Below, in pieces: positions 54,127 to 63,403 of a stretch of 64,000 bases of DNA (position 1 is the first letter of the stretch; each line of letters begins with the position of its first letter). The translations under genes were made by a program, and so were the position numbers. The notes under the pieces were generated by a model. The model did not search any database. It was given only the letters and a program-made list of their open reading frames with translations, and had not been told where the DNA came from. Source of the DNA: Clostridia bacterium (lineage in GTDB: Bacteria; Bacillota; Clostridia; Christensenellales; Pumilibacteraceae); contig JAFXKH010000043.1 in NCBI GenBank assembly GCA_017531795.1, forward strand, positions 38-64,037, given 5' to 3'.

Positions 54127-55178
54127 TGATAGATATGCAAAACAAATTATTCGATAACTTTGATGCAATAATAATTACCAGCCCCACAAACCGTTTTTAT
54201 TTTTCTCAAATTAAAACGTCTTTTGGCGTATTGCTTTTGCTTAAAGATAAAAAATATTATTTTACAGATTTTCGTTATGCTATTGAAACTAAAAATAATT
54301 CGGAAGGAATAGAAATTATAATAACAAATCCAACTGATTTATATTCTGACGTAAAAAAAATTTTATCGGATAACTTAGTTAAGACCGTAGGATATGAAGA
54401 AACAGATCTTACCGTATCGAATTTTAACGCAATAAAAAAAGAATTATCAGAGTTTAAGCTTAAAAGCGTAGGTGAAGAGATAGACGAACTCCGAATAATT
54501 AAAAGTGATGCCGAAATTAACAAAATTAAAAAAGCCCAGCGCATTACTGAGCAAGCCTTAGAGAAAGCGTTACAAACAATTAAACTTGGTGTGACAGAAA
54601 GAGAACTCAGCGCAGAGATAACTTATCAATTACTTCTTGCGGGAGCAGACGGAAACGCCTTTGATAATATCGTTGCTTTTGGGGAAAATTCTGCGGAGTG
54701 TCACCATACCGTGTCGGATAGAAAACTTGAAAAAGGGGATATCGTACTTATCGACATTGGCGCAAAGTATCAAAATTATTGTTCAGATATGACCAGAACG
54801 TTTTGCTATGGAGAACCTCCCAAAAAACTCATTGAGTTATATGATTTAGTAAAATCAGCGCAGGTGTATGTTTTGAAACACATTAAAGCCGGAATGACTG
54901 GGAGTGAACTTGATACGTTAGCGCGAGAATTTTTCAAAGCCAATGGGTATGAGCAAGAATTTGGACATTCGCTTGGCCATGGCGTAGGTATAAAAATTCA
55001 CGAAAAACCCAATCTTTCACGCACTTATTCTCAGCCATTACCTGAAAATGCAGTCGTAACGGTTGAACCTGGCTTATATATAGAAAATTTTGGCGGTGTT
55101 CGCATAGAAGATATGGTAGTAATTAAAAAAGACGGTATAGAGAACTTGACAAATTATCCCAAAACGCTTATAATATAA
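54126..55178 (+). CDS. Xaa-Pro aminopeptidase/dipeptidase (M24B; YqhT-like)
   Basis: Pita-bread fold ligands: VLIDIGAKYQNYCSDMTRT, GHSLGHGVG, and TVEPGLY...GVRIED. It precedes efp, as yqhT does in Bacillus. Confidence 0.85.
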   Translation: MIDMQNKLFDNFDAIIITSPTNRFYFSQIKTSFGVLLLLKDKKYYFTDFRYAIETKNNSEGIEIIITNPTDLYSDVKKILSDNLVKTVGYEETDLTVSNFNAIKKELSEFKLKSVGEEIDELRIIKSDAEINKIKKAQRITEQALEKALQTIKLGVTERELSAEITYQLLLAGADGNAFDNIVAFGENSAECHHTVSDRKLEKGDIVLIDIGAKYQNYCSDMTRTFCYGEPPKKLIELYDLVKSAQVYVLKHIKAGMTGSELDTLAREFFKANGYEQEFGHSLGHGVGIKIHEKPNLSRTYSQPLPENAVVTVEPGLYIENFGGVRIEDMVVIKKDGIENLTNYPKTLII

Positions 55179-55214
55179 TAAATATAATAGCAATTACAAA
55201 CAAAGGAGCAATAT

Positions 55215-55772
55215 ATGGTAGCAGGCGATTTCAGAAAAGGCACCACTTTTGAAAAAGACGGCAAGGTTTTCCGCGTCGTTGATTTCCAGCACGTTAAGCC
55301 GGGTAAAGGTTCGGCATTCGTTAGAACAAAATACAAGAACGTCGTAACGGGACAGGTTCTTGAAGAATCTTTCAACCCGACGGAAAAATTCCTCGATGCA
55401 AAGATCGAAACTCATGAGTATCAATTCCTCTATGCTGACGAAGATTTTTGCCATTTCATGGAACCTGAAACTTTCGAGCAGATTGATATAAATATTGACG
55501 AATGCAAAGACGCGCTTCAGTACATTATTCCCGAAATGATGGTATCTATTCAGTCGTACAAGGAAGTGCCTTTTAGCGTAGAACCTCCCAATTTCGTTGA
55601 ACTTACGATCGCAGAAGCCGAGCCCGGTATTCAAGGCGACACCTCCAAAGCAGGTAATAAACCCGCTACGCTTGAAACGGGCGCGCCCATACAAGTTCCT
55701 CTTTTCATAAATATCGGAGATAAAATCCGTGTAGATACGAGAACCGGAACGTATATGTCCAGAGTAAAATAA
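55215..55772 (+). CDS. efp: Translation elongation factor P
   Basis: [38 protein letters not shown] (KPGKG loop), and a conserved C-terminal OB domain. Confidence 0.95.
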   Translation: MVAGDFRKGTTFEKDGKVFRVVDFQHVKPGKGSAFVRTKYKNVVTGQVLEESFNPTEKFLDAKIETHEYQFLYADEDFCHFMEPETFEQIDINIDECKDALQYIIPEMMVSIQSYKEVPFSVEPPNFVELTIAEAEPGIQGDTSKAGNKPATLETGAPIQVPLFINIGDKIRVDTRTGTYMSRVK

Positions 55773-55790
55773 TCATAAAATATTTTCTTG

Positions 55791-55823
55791 AAAATAACCT
55801 TTCTATCATAGAAAGGTTATTTT
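55791..55823. terminator. Bidirectional intrinsic terminator (efp / crp-like convergent pair)
   Basis: AAAATAACCTTTC-TATCATA-GAAAGGTTATTTT, a 13-bp perfect stem. It overlaps the stop of the minus-strand gene. Confidence 0.7.
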
Positions 55824-56476
55824 ATTAATCCATTAAATTTTATTTTGAACCAAGATTTTTTATAATCAATAAGTCCTTCTTTTTTCATTTTACTCAATTC
55901 TGCAGATAGCGCTGAACGGTCAACAGCCAAGTAATCCGCCATATCTTGCCTTAAAAAAGATAATTCAAACTCGTCGCTCGACTGTTTACTACGGCAGGCT
56001 TGTAAATAAGAAATTATTTTTTCGCGCATACTTCTTCTTGATAAATGCTCGACTTTTTCAAGAAATGATATACAGTTGTTGCTGACAATCAACAATGCGT
56101 TGTGAATAAATTTTCCGTAATCTTGCGAGAGAAAGTCCTGATATGCTTTTTGAATACCAATTATTGCTACTTCCGCATCCGATTCACACACTACTCTTGC
56201 CGTAGATCTGCTGTTTGAGAACACGTGCGCAACACCAAATATTCCACTTTTTCCAATATGACTTATTACGTTTCTGTTTCCTTGCCAATCCTCGCTCACC
56301 GTAAGAAGGCTTCCTGAAATTACGATAAGGATTTTTACATTATCTCCATATCCTATTATTTCTTCATCCTTGTTGTATTTTTTAATAATTACGTCGAAAT
56401 TTGAAAGCAGTCGTTCTATATCACTAACCCCATTAAATAATTGGCAATCAACAATTTTGTTATAAATATCTTTCAT
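55817..56476 (-). CDS. Crp/Fnr family transcriptional regulator
   Basis: N-terminal cNMP-binding-like beta-roll and a C-terminal HTH (RQDMADYLAVDRSALSAELSKMKKEGLI). No N-terminal Fnr-type Cys cluster. Confidence 0.8.
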   Translation of the reverse strand: MKDIYNKIVDCQLFNGVSDIERLLSNFDVIIKKYNKDEEIIGYGDNVKILIVISGSLLTVSEDWQGNRNVISHIGKSGIFGVAHVFSNSRSTARVVCESDAEVAIIGIQKAYQDFLSQDYGKFIHNALLIVSNNCISFLEKVEHLSRRSMREKIISYLQACRSKQSSDEFELSFLRQDMADYLAVDRSALSAELSKMKKEGLIDYKKSWFKIKFNGLIK

Positions 56477-56490
56477 AGTTCACCATTTTG

Positions 56491-56504
56491 TTGTAATTAC
56501 AACG
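56491..56504. promoter_or_regulatory. Perfect 14-nt palindrome in the divergent crp-like/ABC intergenic region (candidate operator)
   Basis: GTTGTAATTACAAC is its own reverse complement. It lies 15 nt upstream of the crp-like start codon. Confidence 0.3.
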
Positions 56505-56575
56505 GATTTATTTTTATAATTATATTATAATATATAAAACTTGTCAATATAAAATATAGTTAAGGTGAAGTGTAT

Positions 56576-57526
56576 ATGAAAAAAATATTTATATCTTTGT
56601 CAATAATATTAACGTTATTGTTTTCAATTATGTCGATTACGGCATGCGACTTTATAAAAGCGGGCGAGTTTAATCTCGTTGCGCCAGACGGCGCGCCCGT
56701 TGTTGCTCTCGCGGATATGTGGGGTGAAAACTTTGGCGAAGCGAAAATAGAATATAACGTAACGCTTGAAAGTTCACTTAACGCCGAGTTTGTTAAGGGA
56801 ACTGAGTTTATCGTTGCGCCCATTAATATCGGCGCAAATATTCACAACGCCGCGCAAAAAGACTCTACTAAGTATGATTATAAACTTATGAACGTTACGA
56901 GCTGGGGCGTTTTATATATAATTAGTAATGAAAATAAATACAACGAACTCGGTAGTAACGTTAACGAATTTCTTTCTCAATTTGACGAAAAACAAATAGA
57001 TACGATTGGACTTCAAGCAATCCCCGGAAAAACTGTTGATTATTTATTTAAGCAAGCGAATGCGCAAGTGACTATAAACGGCTCTGAAGCGTCAACTATT
57101 CAGCAAAAGATTAAAAGTAATACTCCCGTAACGGCAGTTCTCGGCGAACCGGCAATTACAGCGCTTAAAAATAGCGGAGCAAAATTTGACGTGCTTGCTT
57201 CCGTAAGCAATGCCTTTAATCTTGTTACGGGTAAAGATTTTCCTATGGCAGGTATGTTTGTTCGCTCAGACGTGGCGGAAAATAACTCAGCGCTTGTTTC
57301 TGCTATTAATGAGAGAATCAGTAAAAGCGTAAAAACTTTTAATGATGATCCTACTTTTATGAAAGATAAAACAATAGAGAACAGTACTTTAAACGCAAAC
57401 GTTATTGCGCAGGCTGCTCCAAAAATGAACGTTAAGTTCAAAAATTCAGCGGACTCGAAAGATTCCGTAAAATTCCTTCTAGAAAAACTCGGTATTACCG
57501 TTAGCGACGATTTATTTATTTTATGA
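56576..57526 (+). CDS. ABC transporter substrate-binding lipoprotein (NMT1/TauA/SsuA-like)
   Basis: Signal peptide with lipobox (LLFSIMSITAC). Periplasmic-binding-protein-like length. ATG at 56576 is preferred over GTG at 56570. Coupled to a NitT/TauT-type permease. Confidence 0.7.
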   Translation: MKKIFISLSIILTLLFSIMSITACDFIKAGEFNLVAPDGAPVVALADMWGENFGEAKIEYNVTLESSLNAEFVKGTEFIVAPINIGANIHNAAQKDSTKYDYKLMNVTSWGVLYIISNENKYNELGSNVNEFLSQFDEKQIDTIGLQAIPGKTVDYLFKQANAQVTINGSEASTIQQKIKSNTPVTAVLGEPAITALKNSGAKFDVLASVSNAFNLVTGKDFPMAGMFVRSDVAENNSALVSAINERISKSVKTFNDDPTFMKDKTIENSTLNANVIAQAAPKMNVKFKNSADSKDSVKFLLEKLGITVSDDLFIL

Positions 57527-58311
57527 GAAAGTTTTTTACAAAAAACAAATATTGGTTAATTACCATTGCATCGGCTCTCATACTATTTGGAGTATGGGAG
57601 TTAATTGCGCGTGTAATGAATCTTGCTATTGCTCTTCCAACATTTTCTTCCGTATTTTTAGCGTTTATAAATCTTATTATAAAAAGTTCAACTTACGTTT
57701 CAATAGCGTTTACGCTTTTGAGATGTCTTATTGGATATATCATAGGTTTTTCGCTTGGAATTGCGCTTGGAATAGTCGCAGGGAAGTATAAAGCAGTTGC
57801 TTCCGCCATGAAACCTATCGTGTCTTCGATGCGAGCAGTTCCCGTCGTTGCAATAACGCTAGTTCTTACTATCTGGGTGGGATCGGAAATACTTCCGTCA
57901 ATAATTGGCGTTATGCTTATTTTCCCGATAATTTATGAACAAATCAAAACGGCAACTGAAAACATTGACCCTACAATAGACGACGTTTTGTCAGAGCTTG
58001 GTGTAGGTTTCTTCACTTCTGCTCGTCAAATTTATTTACCACTCGTTGCTCCATACGCATTATCAAGCATTTCTAATACTTTTGGTATGAATATAAAGGC
58101 AGTAATTTCGGCAGAAGTTCTTGCTTATACAGTAAGAAGCATAGGAAGTGAAATATATTTTTCAAAGCAAAACTTTTTACAAGAAACTCCCACGCTATTT
58201 GCTTGGATAACAATAACGATTTTACTTTCCGTAATTTTCGAAACTCTTTTGCGTTTTATAATGAAAAAAGTTATTAATAAATTAACTTGGTTCTCAGCAA
58301 TGAAAAACTAA
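57523..58311 (+). CDS. ABC transporter permease (BPD_transp_1, NitT/TauT family)
   Basis: 262 aa with about 6 TM segments. EAA-like loop (DDVLSELGVGFFTSARQIYLPLVAPY). Confidence 0.8.
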   Translation: MRKFFTKNKYWLITIASALILFGVWELIARVMNLAIALPTFSSVFLAFINLIIKSSTYVSIAFTLLRCLIGYIIGFSLGIALGIVAGKYKAVASAMKPIVSSMRAVPVVAITLVLTIWVGSEILPSIIGVMLIFPIIYEQIKTATENIDPTIDDVLSELGVGFFTSARQIYLPLVAPYALSSISNTFGMNIKAVISAEVLAYTVRSIGSEIYFSKQNFLQETPTLFAWITITILLSVIFETLLRFIMKKVINKLTWFSAMKN

Positions 58312-58334
58312 TCAATATTATAAGGTTATTATAT

Positions 58335-58363
58335 TTGACTTACTTTTACGAAAATGGTAAAAT
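58335..58363 (+). promoter_or_regulatory. Sigma-A-type promoter (extended -10) for malQ-glgP
   Basis: TTGACT, a 17-nt spacer, then TGgTAAAAT. Confidence 0.5.
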
Positions 58364-58393
58364 TCTTTATATTATTGATGGGAGTGAGTATAT

Positions 58394-59893
58394 ATGATAA
58401 CAAGAGGAAGCGGTATATTACTACATATAGCGAATTTACCGTCTAATTTTGGAATAGGTCATCTTGGCAATCCGTCAAAAAAGTTTATTGATTTTTTACA
58501 TAAATCCCATCAAAAGTATTGGCAGATATTACCGACAGTACCAACAGGATATGGAGATTCCCCATATCAGTCATGTTCTTCAGAAGCAGGTAACGAGTAT
58601 TTCATTGACTTAGAAGACTTATTTTCAAACGGGTTATTAACAAAAGAAGAATTAGATACTTGCAAGACTTCCGTTGACAGTAGAATTAATTATGAAAATC
58701 TTTTCCAAACTCGCTTTAATATATTAAAAATCGCTTTTTCGCGATTTAATAAAAGCGATAAAGAGTTCTGTGATTTCGTAAACAAAGGAGATTATTCAGA
58801 ATATGCTCTTTTTAGAAGCATAAAAACCGCGCATAATCATAAGCCTTGGAACGAATGGTCAAATGAATACAAATTTCGTAATCAAAAGGCTCTTGAAGAC
58901 TTCAAGAAGAACAATGAAAACGACATACTCTTTTGGCAATGGTGTCAATACGTTTACGCAAAACAATGGAAAGAACTTCTTGAGTACGCGCATGCGCATG
59001 ACGTAAAGATTATTGGCGATATTCCCATTTACGTTGCGTACGACAGCGTTGAATGTTGGACAATGCCGAAATTATTTAAACTTGATCAAGATCTCAATCC
59101 AATAGTTGTTGCGGGATGCCCTCCTGATTGCTTTTCTCAAACAGGACAGTTGTGGGGAAATCCCATTTATAATTGGAACGAAATGGCAAAAGATAATTAT
59201 TCGTGGTGGAAAGAGAGGTTTAAAAAAAATTTTGAACTATTTGATATTATCAGAATTGACCATTTCAGGGGCTTTGACAGATATTATCAGATTAAATGGG
59301 GAGAACCGAATGCAATAAACGGCAGTTGGGAAAGCGCTCCGTCCGAAGAGCTTTTTGTTGAAATAGAACGTGATTTAGGGGAATTAAACGTAATTGCTGA
59401 AGATCTTGGAATTTTAGACGATTCGGCTCGCAAAATGTTTGCGAACCTTGGATATCCGGGGATGAAAATATTGCAGTTCGCTTTTGATTATAACAGCGCA
59501 AATGAATATCGCCCGCATAACTATAATAATGACAACTGCATAGTATATCCTGGTACACACGATAACGATACGCTTTTAGGATACATACAAGAACTTCCAA
59601 ATCGTAACGACTTCGTTAATGCTGTACGTAATGAGTTATTCATTATGGGTATGGATTTGCCTTTGGACTCCGATGCCGAGATTTGTGATGCAATAATAGC
59701 TCTTGCTTTTGCATCAAAGGCGCGACTTGCCATTATTTCCATGCAGGATTGGTTGAAAATTGACAATAGGGGAAGAATAAATTTGCCGTCTACGCTATCA
59801 ATCTCAAATTGGAGTTATCGTATACCTGAAAACTATTCCACGGATTACGTTATCAATAAAATTAAATACCTTACTATAAAATATAACAGATGA
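58394..59893 (+). CDS. malQ: 4-alpha-glucanotransferase (amylomaltase, GH77)
   Basis: RGSGILLHIANLPS, GDSPYQS, IIGDIPIYVA, IRIDHFRGF, IAEDLG, and PGTHDNDT. Confidence 0.9.
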   Translation: MITRGSGILLHIANLPSNFGIGHLGNPSKKFIDFLHKSHQKYWQILPTVPTGYGDSPYQSCSSEAGNEYFIDLEDLFSNGLLTKEELDTCKTSVDSRINYENLFQTRFNILKIAFSRFNKSDKEFCDFVNKGDYSEYALFRSIKTAHNHKPWNEWSNEYKFRNQKALEDFKKNNENDILFWQWCQYVYAKQWKELLEYAHAHDVKIIGDIPIYVAYDSVECWTMPKLFKLDQDLNPIVVAGCPPDCFSQTGQLWGNPIYNWNEMAKDNYSWWKERFKKNFELFDIIRIDHFRGFDRYYQIKWGEPNAINGSWESAPSEELFVEIERDLGELNVIAEDLGILDDSARKMFANLGYPGMKILQFAFDYNSANEYRPHNYNNDNCIVYPGTHDNDTLLGYIQELPNRNDFVNAVRNELFIMGMDLPLDSDAEICDAIIALAFASKARLAIISMQDWLKIDNRGRINLPSTLSISNWSYRIPENYSTDYVINKIKYLTIKYNR

Positions 59894-59912
59894 ACTTTTA
59901 AGGAGAAACGAA

Positions 59913-62234
59913 GTGCCAAATAAGATTATCGACACTATGGAGCAAATGCTCTCTTATGACTATTCAACAACTTTTGATGAGGCTACGAACAGGCAACTTT
60001 ATAACGCTTTGTCAAAATCCGTAATGCGAAACATTAACGTGCTTTGGCGTGAAACTGATGAAAAACAATCAAATAAAAAGCGCGCTTATTATATGAGCGC
60101 AGAATATCTCATTGGAAGATCCGTTTTTTCGAACCTTCTTAATCTTGGTTACCTTGATGAAATTGAAACCTTGCTTAAAGAAAAGGGAATTGATATAAGA
60201 AAATTTGAAGAAATTCCCGACTCTGCGCTTGGAAACGGCGGTCTTGGTAGACTTGCCGCATGTTATCTTGAATCAGCGGCAACCGAGGACGTTCCGCTTA
60301 ACGGTTATGGAATACGTTATAAATACGGCCTCTTCAAACAATTATTCGTAAACGGATTCCAGGTTGAAACTGTTGACGATTGGACTACCTGCGGAGATCC
60401 CTGGTCAGTTCGCCACGATGATTTGACGCAAATCGTTTCTTTCGCTGATATGAAAGTCAAAGCCGTTCCTTACGATTTTCCTGTAATAGGTTACGGCGGA
60501 AAAACCGTAAACACTCTTCGACTTTGGCAGTGTGAACCTATAAATAAACTTGATTACATTGAGTTCAATAATATGCATTATGCAAATGCTCTTTCAGAAA
60601 AGAACTCTGCTGAGATAATTTCATACGTCCTTTATCCGAACGATGAAAGAATAGAAGGTAAAACCTTGCGTCTTCGCCAGCAGTATTTCTTTGTAAGCGC
60701 ATCAATAAAGGATATTATCAAGAGTTACAAAAAGAAATACGGTCAAGATTTTTCACATTTTGGCGATCTTAGAGCAATCCAACTCAATGATACTCACCCC
60801 GTAGTTGCAATTCCTGAACTGATCCTTAATCTAGAACATGAAGGTCTTACTTTTGAAGAAGCGTTTGAAATTGCGCACAAGACTTTTGCTTTCACCAATC
60901 ATACGATAATGGGCGAAGCATTGGAAAAGTGGGATATTGAACTCTTTAAGCGTATTCTTCCCGAAGTATATGCCGTCATTGAAGAAATACAGAAGAAACT
61001 CAATTTTGAACTTTCTGCAATGCGTGTTCCTGATACTTGGAATTACAACATACTTGAAAATGGCAGAATTCATATGGCTCGTCTTGCAATATATGTTTCG
61101 CATATGACAAACGGCGTGGCGGCTGTACACACAAATATTCTCAAAACAGACGTTTTCAGAAATTGGTACGCAATGTATCCGGATAGATTTATTAATAAAA
61201 CTAACGGTATAACTCCTCGTCGTTGGCTTAAACTTTGTAATTCAAATCTTTGTAATCTTATTGAAAGTAAAATCGGTAACGATTATATTACCGACCTTTC
61301 TCAGCTTAAAAATCTTGCAAAGTATGCTCATGACCCTGAATTTATTAAGCAGTTTAAGGAAGTAAAATACAAAAACAAAAAACGCCTTGCTAAGTATATT
61401 AAAGAGCACGAGGGAATTGATATAAATCCTAACTTCTGTTTTGATATTCAAGTAAAGCGTATGCACGAATATAAACGTCAACTTCTTAATGCCCTTTCTA
61501 TCATTTATTTCTATTTTGAGATAAAAGAGGGAAGAATGCCCGATTTCAAACCAACTGCTTTTATTTTCGGAGCAAAAGCCGCGCCGGGATATTATCACGC
61601 AAAAGCAATAATGAAGTTTATAAACTGTATTGCTGATATGGTAAATCGCGATCCTGCCATGAAAGACAAAATGAAAGTCGTTTTCGTGACGAACTATAAC
61701 GTTTCTTACGCTGAATATATCGTTTCTGCGGCTGATATTTCCGAACAGATTTCTCTAGCTGGTATGGAAGCCTCAGGAACAGGTAATATGAAATTTATGC
61801 TTAACGGCACAGTCACTCTTGGGACTATGGACGGCGCAAATATAGAAATAGCCGAAGAAGCAGGCGTTGACAACGAATATATTTTTGGCGCGAGCGTTCA
61901 AGAAGTCAAAGAAAGACGTCCGGGATATCATCCTTGGGAGTATTATGATAACGATCCCGTTATTCATAGAGTCATGGATACCCTTATAAACGGAACTTTT
62001 AACGATAATGGAACAGGTATGCTTCGTTCGATTTTTGATAAACTCCGCGGTGAAGATACGTATATGAGCCTTTACGACTTTAAAGACTACGTAAGAGTCA
62101 AAAAGATTGCGAACGCAGATTACGGTACGGACGAGTTTTACTCAAAGAGTATTATGAACCTTGCAAACGCAGGTAAATTCTCTTCTGACCGTTCTATTAT
62201 GGAATATGCGAAAGAAATTTGGAAAGTAAAATAA
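59913..62234 (+). CDS. glgP: Glycogen/maltodextrin phosphorylase (GT35)
   Basis: GNGGLGRLAAC, LNDTHP, and the PLP-Lys signature EASGTGNMKFMLNG. GTG start follows AAGGAG. Confidence 0.93.
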   Translation: MPNKIIDTMEQMLSYDYSTTFDEATNRQLYNALSKSVMRNINVLWRETDEKQSNKKRAYYMSAEYLIGRSVFSNLLNLGYLDEIETLLKEKGIDIRKFEEIPDSALGNGGLGRLAACYLESAATEDVPLNGYGIRYKYGLFKQLFVNGFQVETVDDWTTCGDPWSVRHDDLTQIVSFADMKVKAVPYDFPVIGYGGKTVNTLRLWQCEPINKLDYIEFNNMHYANALSEKNSAEIISYVLYPNDERIEGKTLRLRQQYFFVSASIKDIIKSYKKKYGQDFSHFGDLRAIQLNDTHPVVAIPELILNLEHEGLTFEEAFEIAHKTFAFTNHTIMGEALEKWDIELFKRILPEVYAVIEEIQKKLNFELSAMRVPDTWNYNILENGRIHMARLAIYVSHMTNGVAAVHTNILKTDVFRNWYAMYPDRFINKTNGITPRRWLKLCNSNLCNLIESKIGNDYITDLSQLKNLAKYAHDPEFIKQFKEVKYKNKKRLAKYIKEHEGIDINPNFCFDIQVKRMHEYKRQLLNALSIIYFYFEIKEGRMPDFKPTAFIFGAKAAPGYYHAKAIMKFINCIADMVNRDPAMKDKMKVVFVTNYNVSYAEYIVSAADISEQISLAGMEASGTGNMKFMLNGTVTLGTMDGANIEIAEEAGVDNEYIFGASVQEVKERRPGYHPWEYYDNDPVIHRVMDTLINGTFNDNGTGMLRSIFDKLRGEDTYMSLYDFKDYVRVKKIANADYGTDEFYSKSIMNLANAGKFSSDRSIMEYAKEIWKVK

Positions 62235-62258
62235 TTCATACGACATAAAATAAGACAT

Positions 62259-62296
62259 AAAAAAGAGTAGATTTTTTCATAATTCTACTCTTTTTT
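62259..62296 (+). terminator. Intrinsic terminator after glgP
   Basis: AAAAAAGAGTAGA...TCTACTCTTTTTT hairpin with a T tract. Confidence 0.7.
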
Positions 62297-62338
62297 AATA
62301 TAAATCTTTATTTGCACTTTTGCCTTACATCAATAAAA

Positions 62339-62375
62339 ATAACCTAACCCAGAAACAGAGTGCGGATTAGGTTAT
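62339..62375 (-). terminator. Putative terminator downstream of tRNA-Ser
   Basis: On the minus strand: ATAACCTAA-(19-nt loop)-TTAGGTTAT followed by TTTTATT. The large loop lowers confidence. Confidence 0.4.
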
Positions 62376-62378
62376 GAT

Positions 62379-62467
62379 TGGCGGAGAGGACAGGATTCGA
62401 ACCTGCGTGCCCTTGCAGGCAAACTGATTTCGAGTCAGCCCCGTTATGACCACTTCGATACCTCTCC
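62379..62467 (-). tRNA. tRNA-Ser (anticodon CGA), long variable arm, CCA encoded
   Basis: Minus-strand sequence GGAGAGGTATCGAAGTGGTCATAACGGGGCTGACTCGAAATCAGTTTGCCTGCAAGGGCACGCAGGTTCGAATCCTGTCCTCTCCGCCA. The anticodon loop CTCGAAA gives CGA. It is class II, with a TGCC/GGCA variable stem. Confidence 0.88.
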
Positions 62468-62636
62468 TTAAGTGTTGATAATATATCATATTATTGGGAA
62501 AAAATCAAGCATTTTCGCTTTGTTAAGACAAAACAACGATATATATTTCTCCCGTATTATTTGCTGAAAATTTTCAAATATTGTCATAAGCAGTCAAAAT
62601 TCGATATATTCAAGCATAAATATAAGAGGAGGAAAT

Positions 62637-63320
62637 ATGATATTCGAAACTTTTTTATCATTTTTAAGCCGTGTATTTTGCTTTACGGCATACGTAAGAA
62701 ATAATTCTTCTTATCCTGAACCGCTTACTGTTGAAGAAGAAAAGATATACGTAGAAGCATGCAAAAACGGAGATATGGATGCCCGCGAAAAACTAATTAA
62801 ACATAATTTAAGACTAGTTGCTCATATCGTAAAAAAATACTCGGGAGCAGGTGAGGCTGACGATTTAATCTCTGTTGGAAGCATAGGCTTGATAAAAGGT
62901 GTTCAGACGTTTGAATATGGTAAAGGCAGTCAATTATCAACATACGTCGCGAGGTGTATAGAAAACGAAATTCTAATGTACATAAGGTCAAATAAAAAAC
63001 ATCGCAATGAAGTATCGTTATTTGAAAGTGTAGGTACGGACAAAGACGGTAATGATATAAAACTTTTAGACGTTCTTTCAGTATCAGAAGAAACGGTAGT
63101 TGCTGAAGCTGAAAACAAAATTATTATGTCCAAGATAAAGAGGTGTCTAAAAGAATTCTCCGATCGCGAACAAAAGGTTATTAATCTGCGCTACGGTCTT
63201 GTTGACGGAATCCCGTACACACAAATTGAAGTTGCAAAACTTCTTGGTATTTCACGCTCATACGTTTCCAGACTTGAGAAAAAAGTAATTAATAAAATTT
63301 CAGAAAAATTAAAGAACTAG
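62637..63320 (+). CDS. sigK: Sporulation sigma factor SigK (pro-sigma-K with N-terminal pro-sequence), uninterrupted
   Basis: AYVRNNSSYPEPLTVEEEKIY...LIKHNLRLVAHIVKKY...DLISVGSIGLIKGV...YVARCIENEILMYIR closely parallels B. subtilis sigma-K (SYVKNNAFPQPL...IEHNLRLVAHIVKKF). Region 4 HTH: YTQIEVAKLLGISRSYVSRLEKK. Confidence 0.85.
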   Translation: MIFETFLSFLSRVFCFTAYVRNNSSYPEPLTVEEEKIYVEACKNGDMDAREKLIKHNLRLVAHIVKKYSGAGEADDLISVGSIGLIKGVQTFEYGKGSQLSTYVARCIENEILMYIRSNKKHRNEVSLFESVGTDKDGNDIKLLDVLSVSEETVVAEAENKIIMSKIKRCLKEFSDREQKVINLRYGLVDGIPYTQIEVAKLLGISRSYVSRLEKKVINKISEKLKN

Positions 63321-63403
63321 CCTTGCAATCCGTTTGCTTTACTTTTTGCAATGTAGTATAATAATTCTCAAATATGACTAATTAATCATACTGAGGTTAA
63401 ATA

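Noticed and set aside
62468-62636. Assignment of a sigma-E or sigma-K-type promoter upstream of sigK (CATA-containing motifs such as GTCATAAGC and AGCATAAATA).
   Set aside because: Several weak matches exist, but none has convincing -35/-10 spacing by eye. I did not annotate one, to avoid over-calling.
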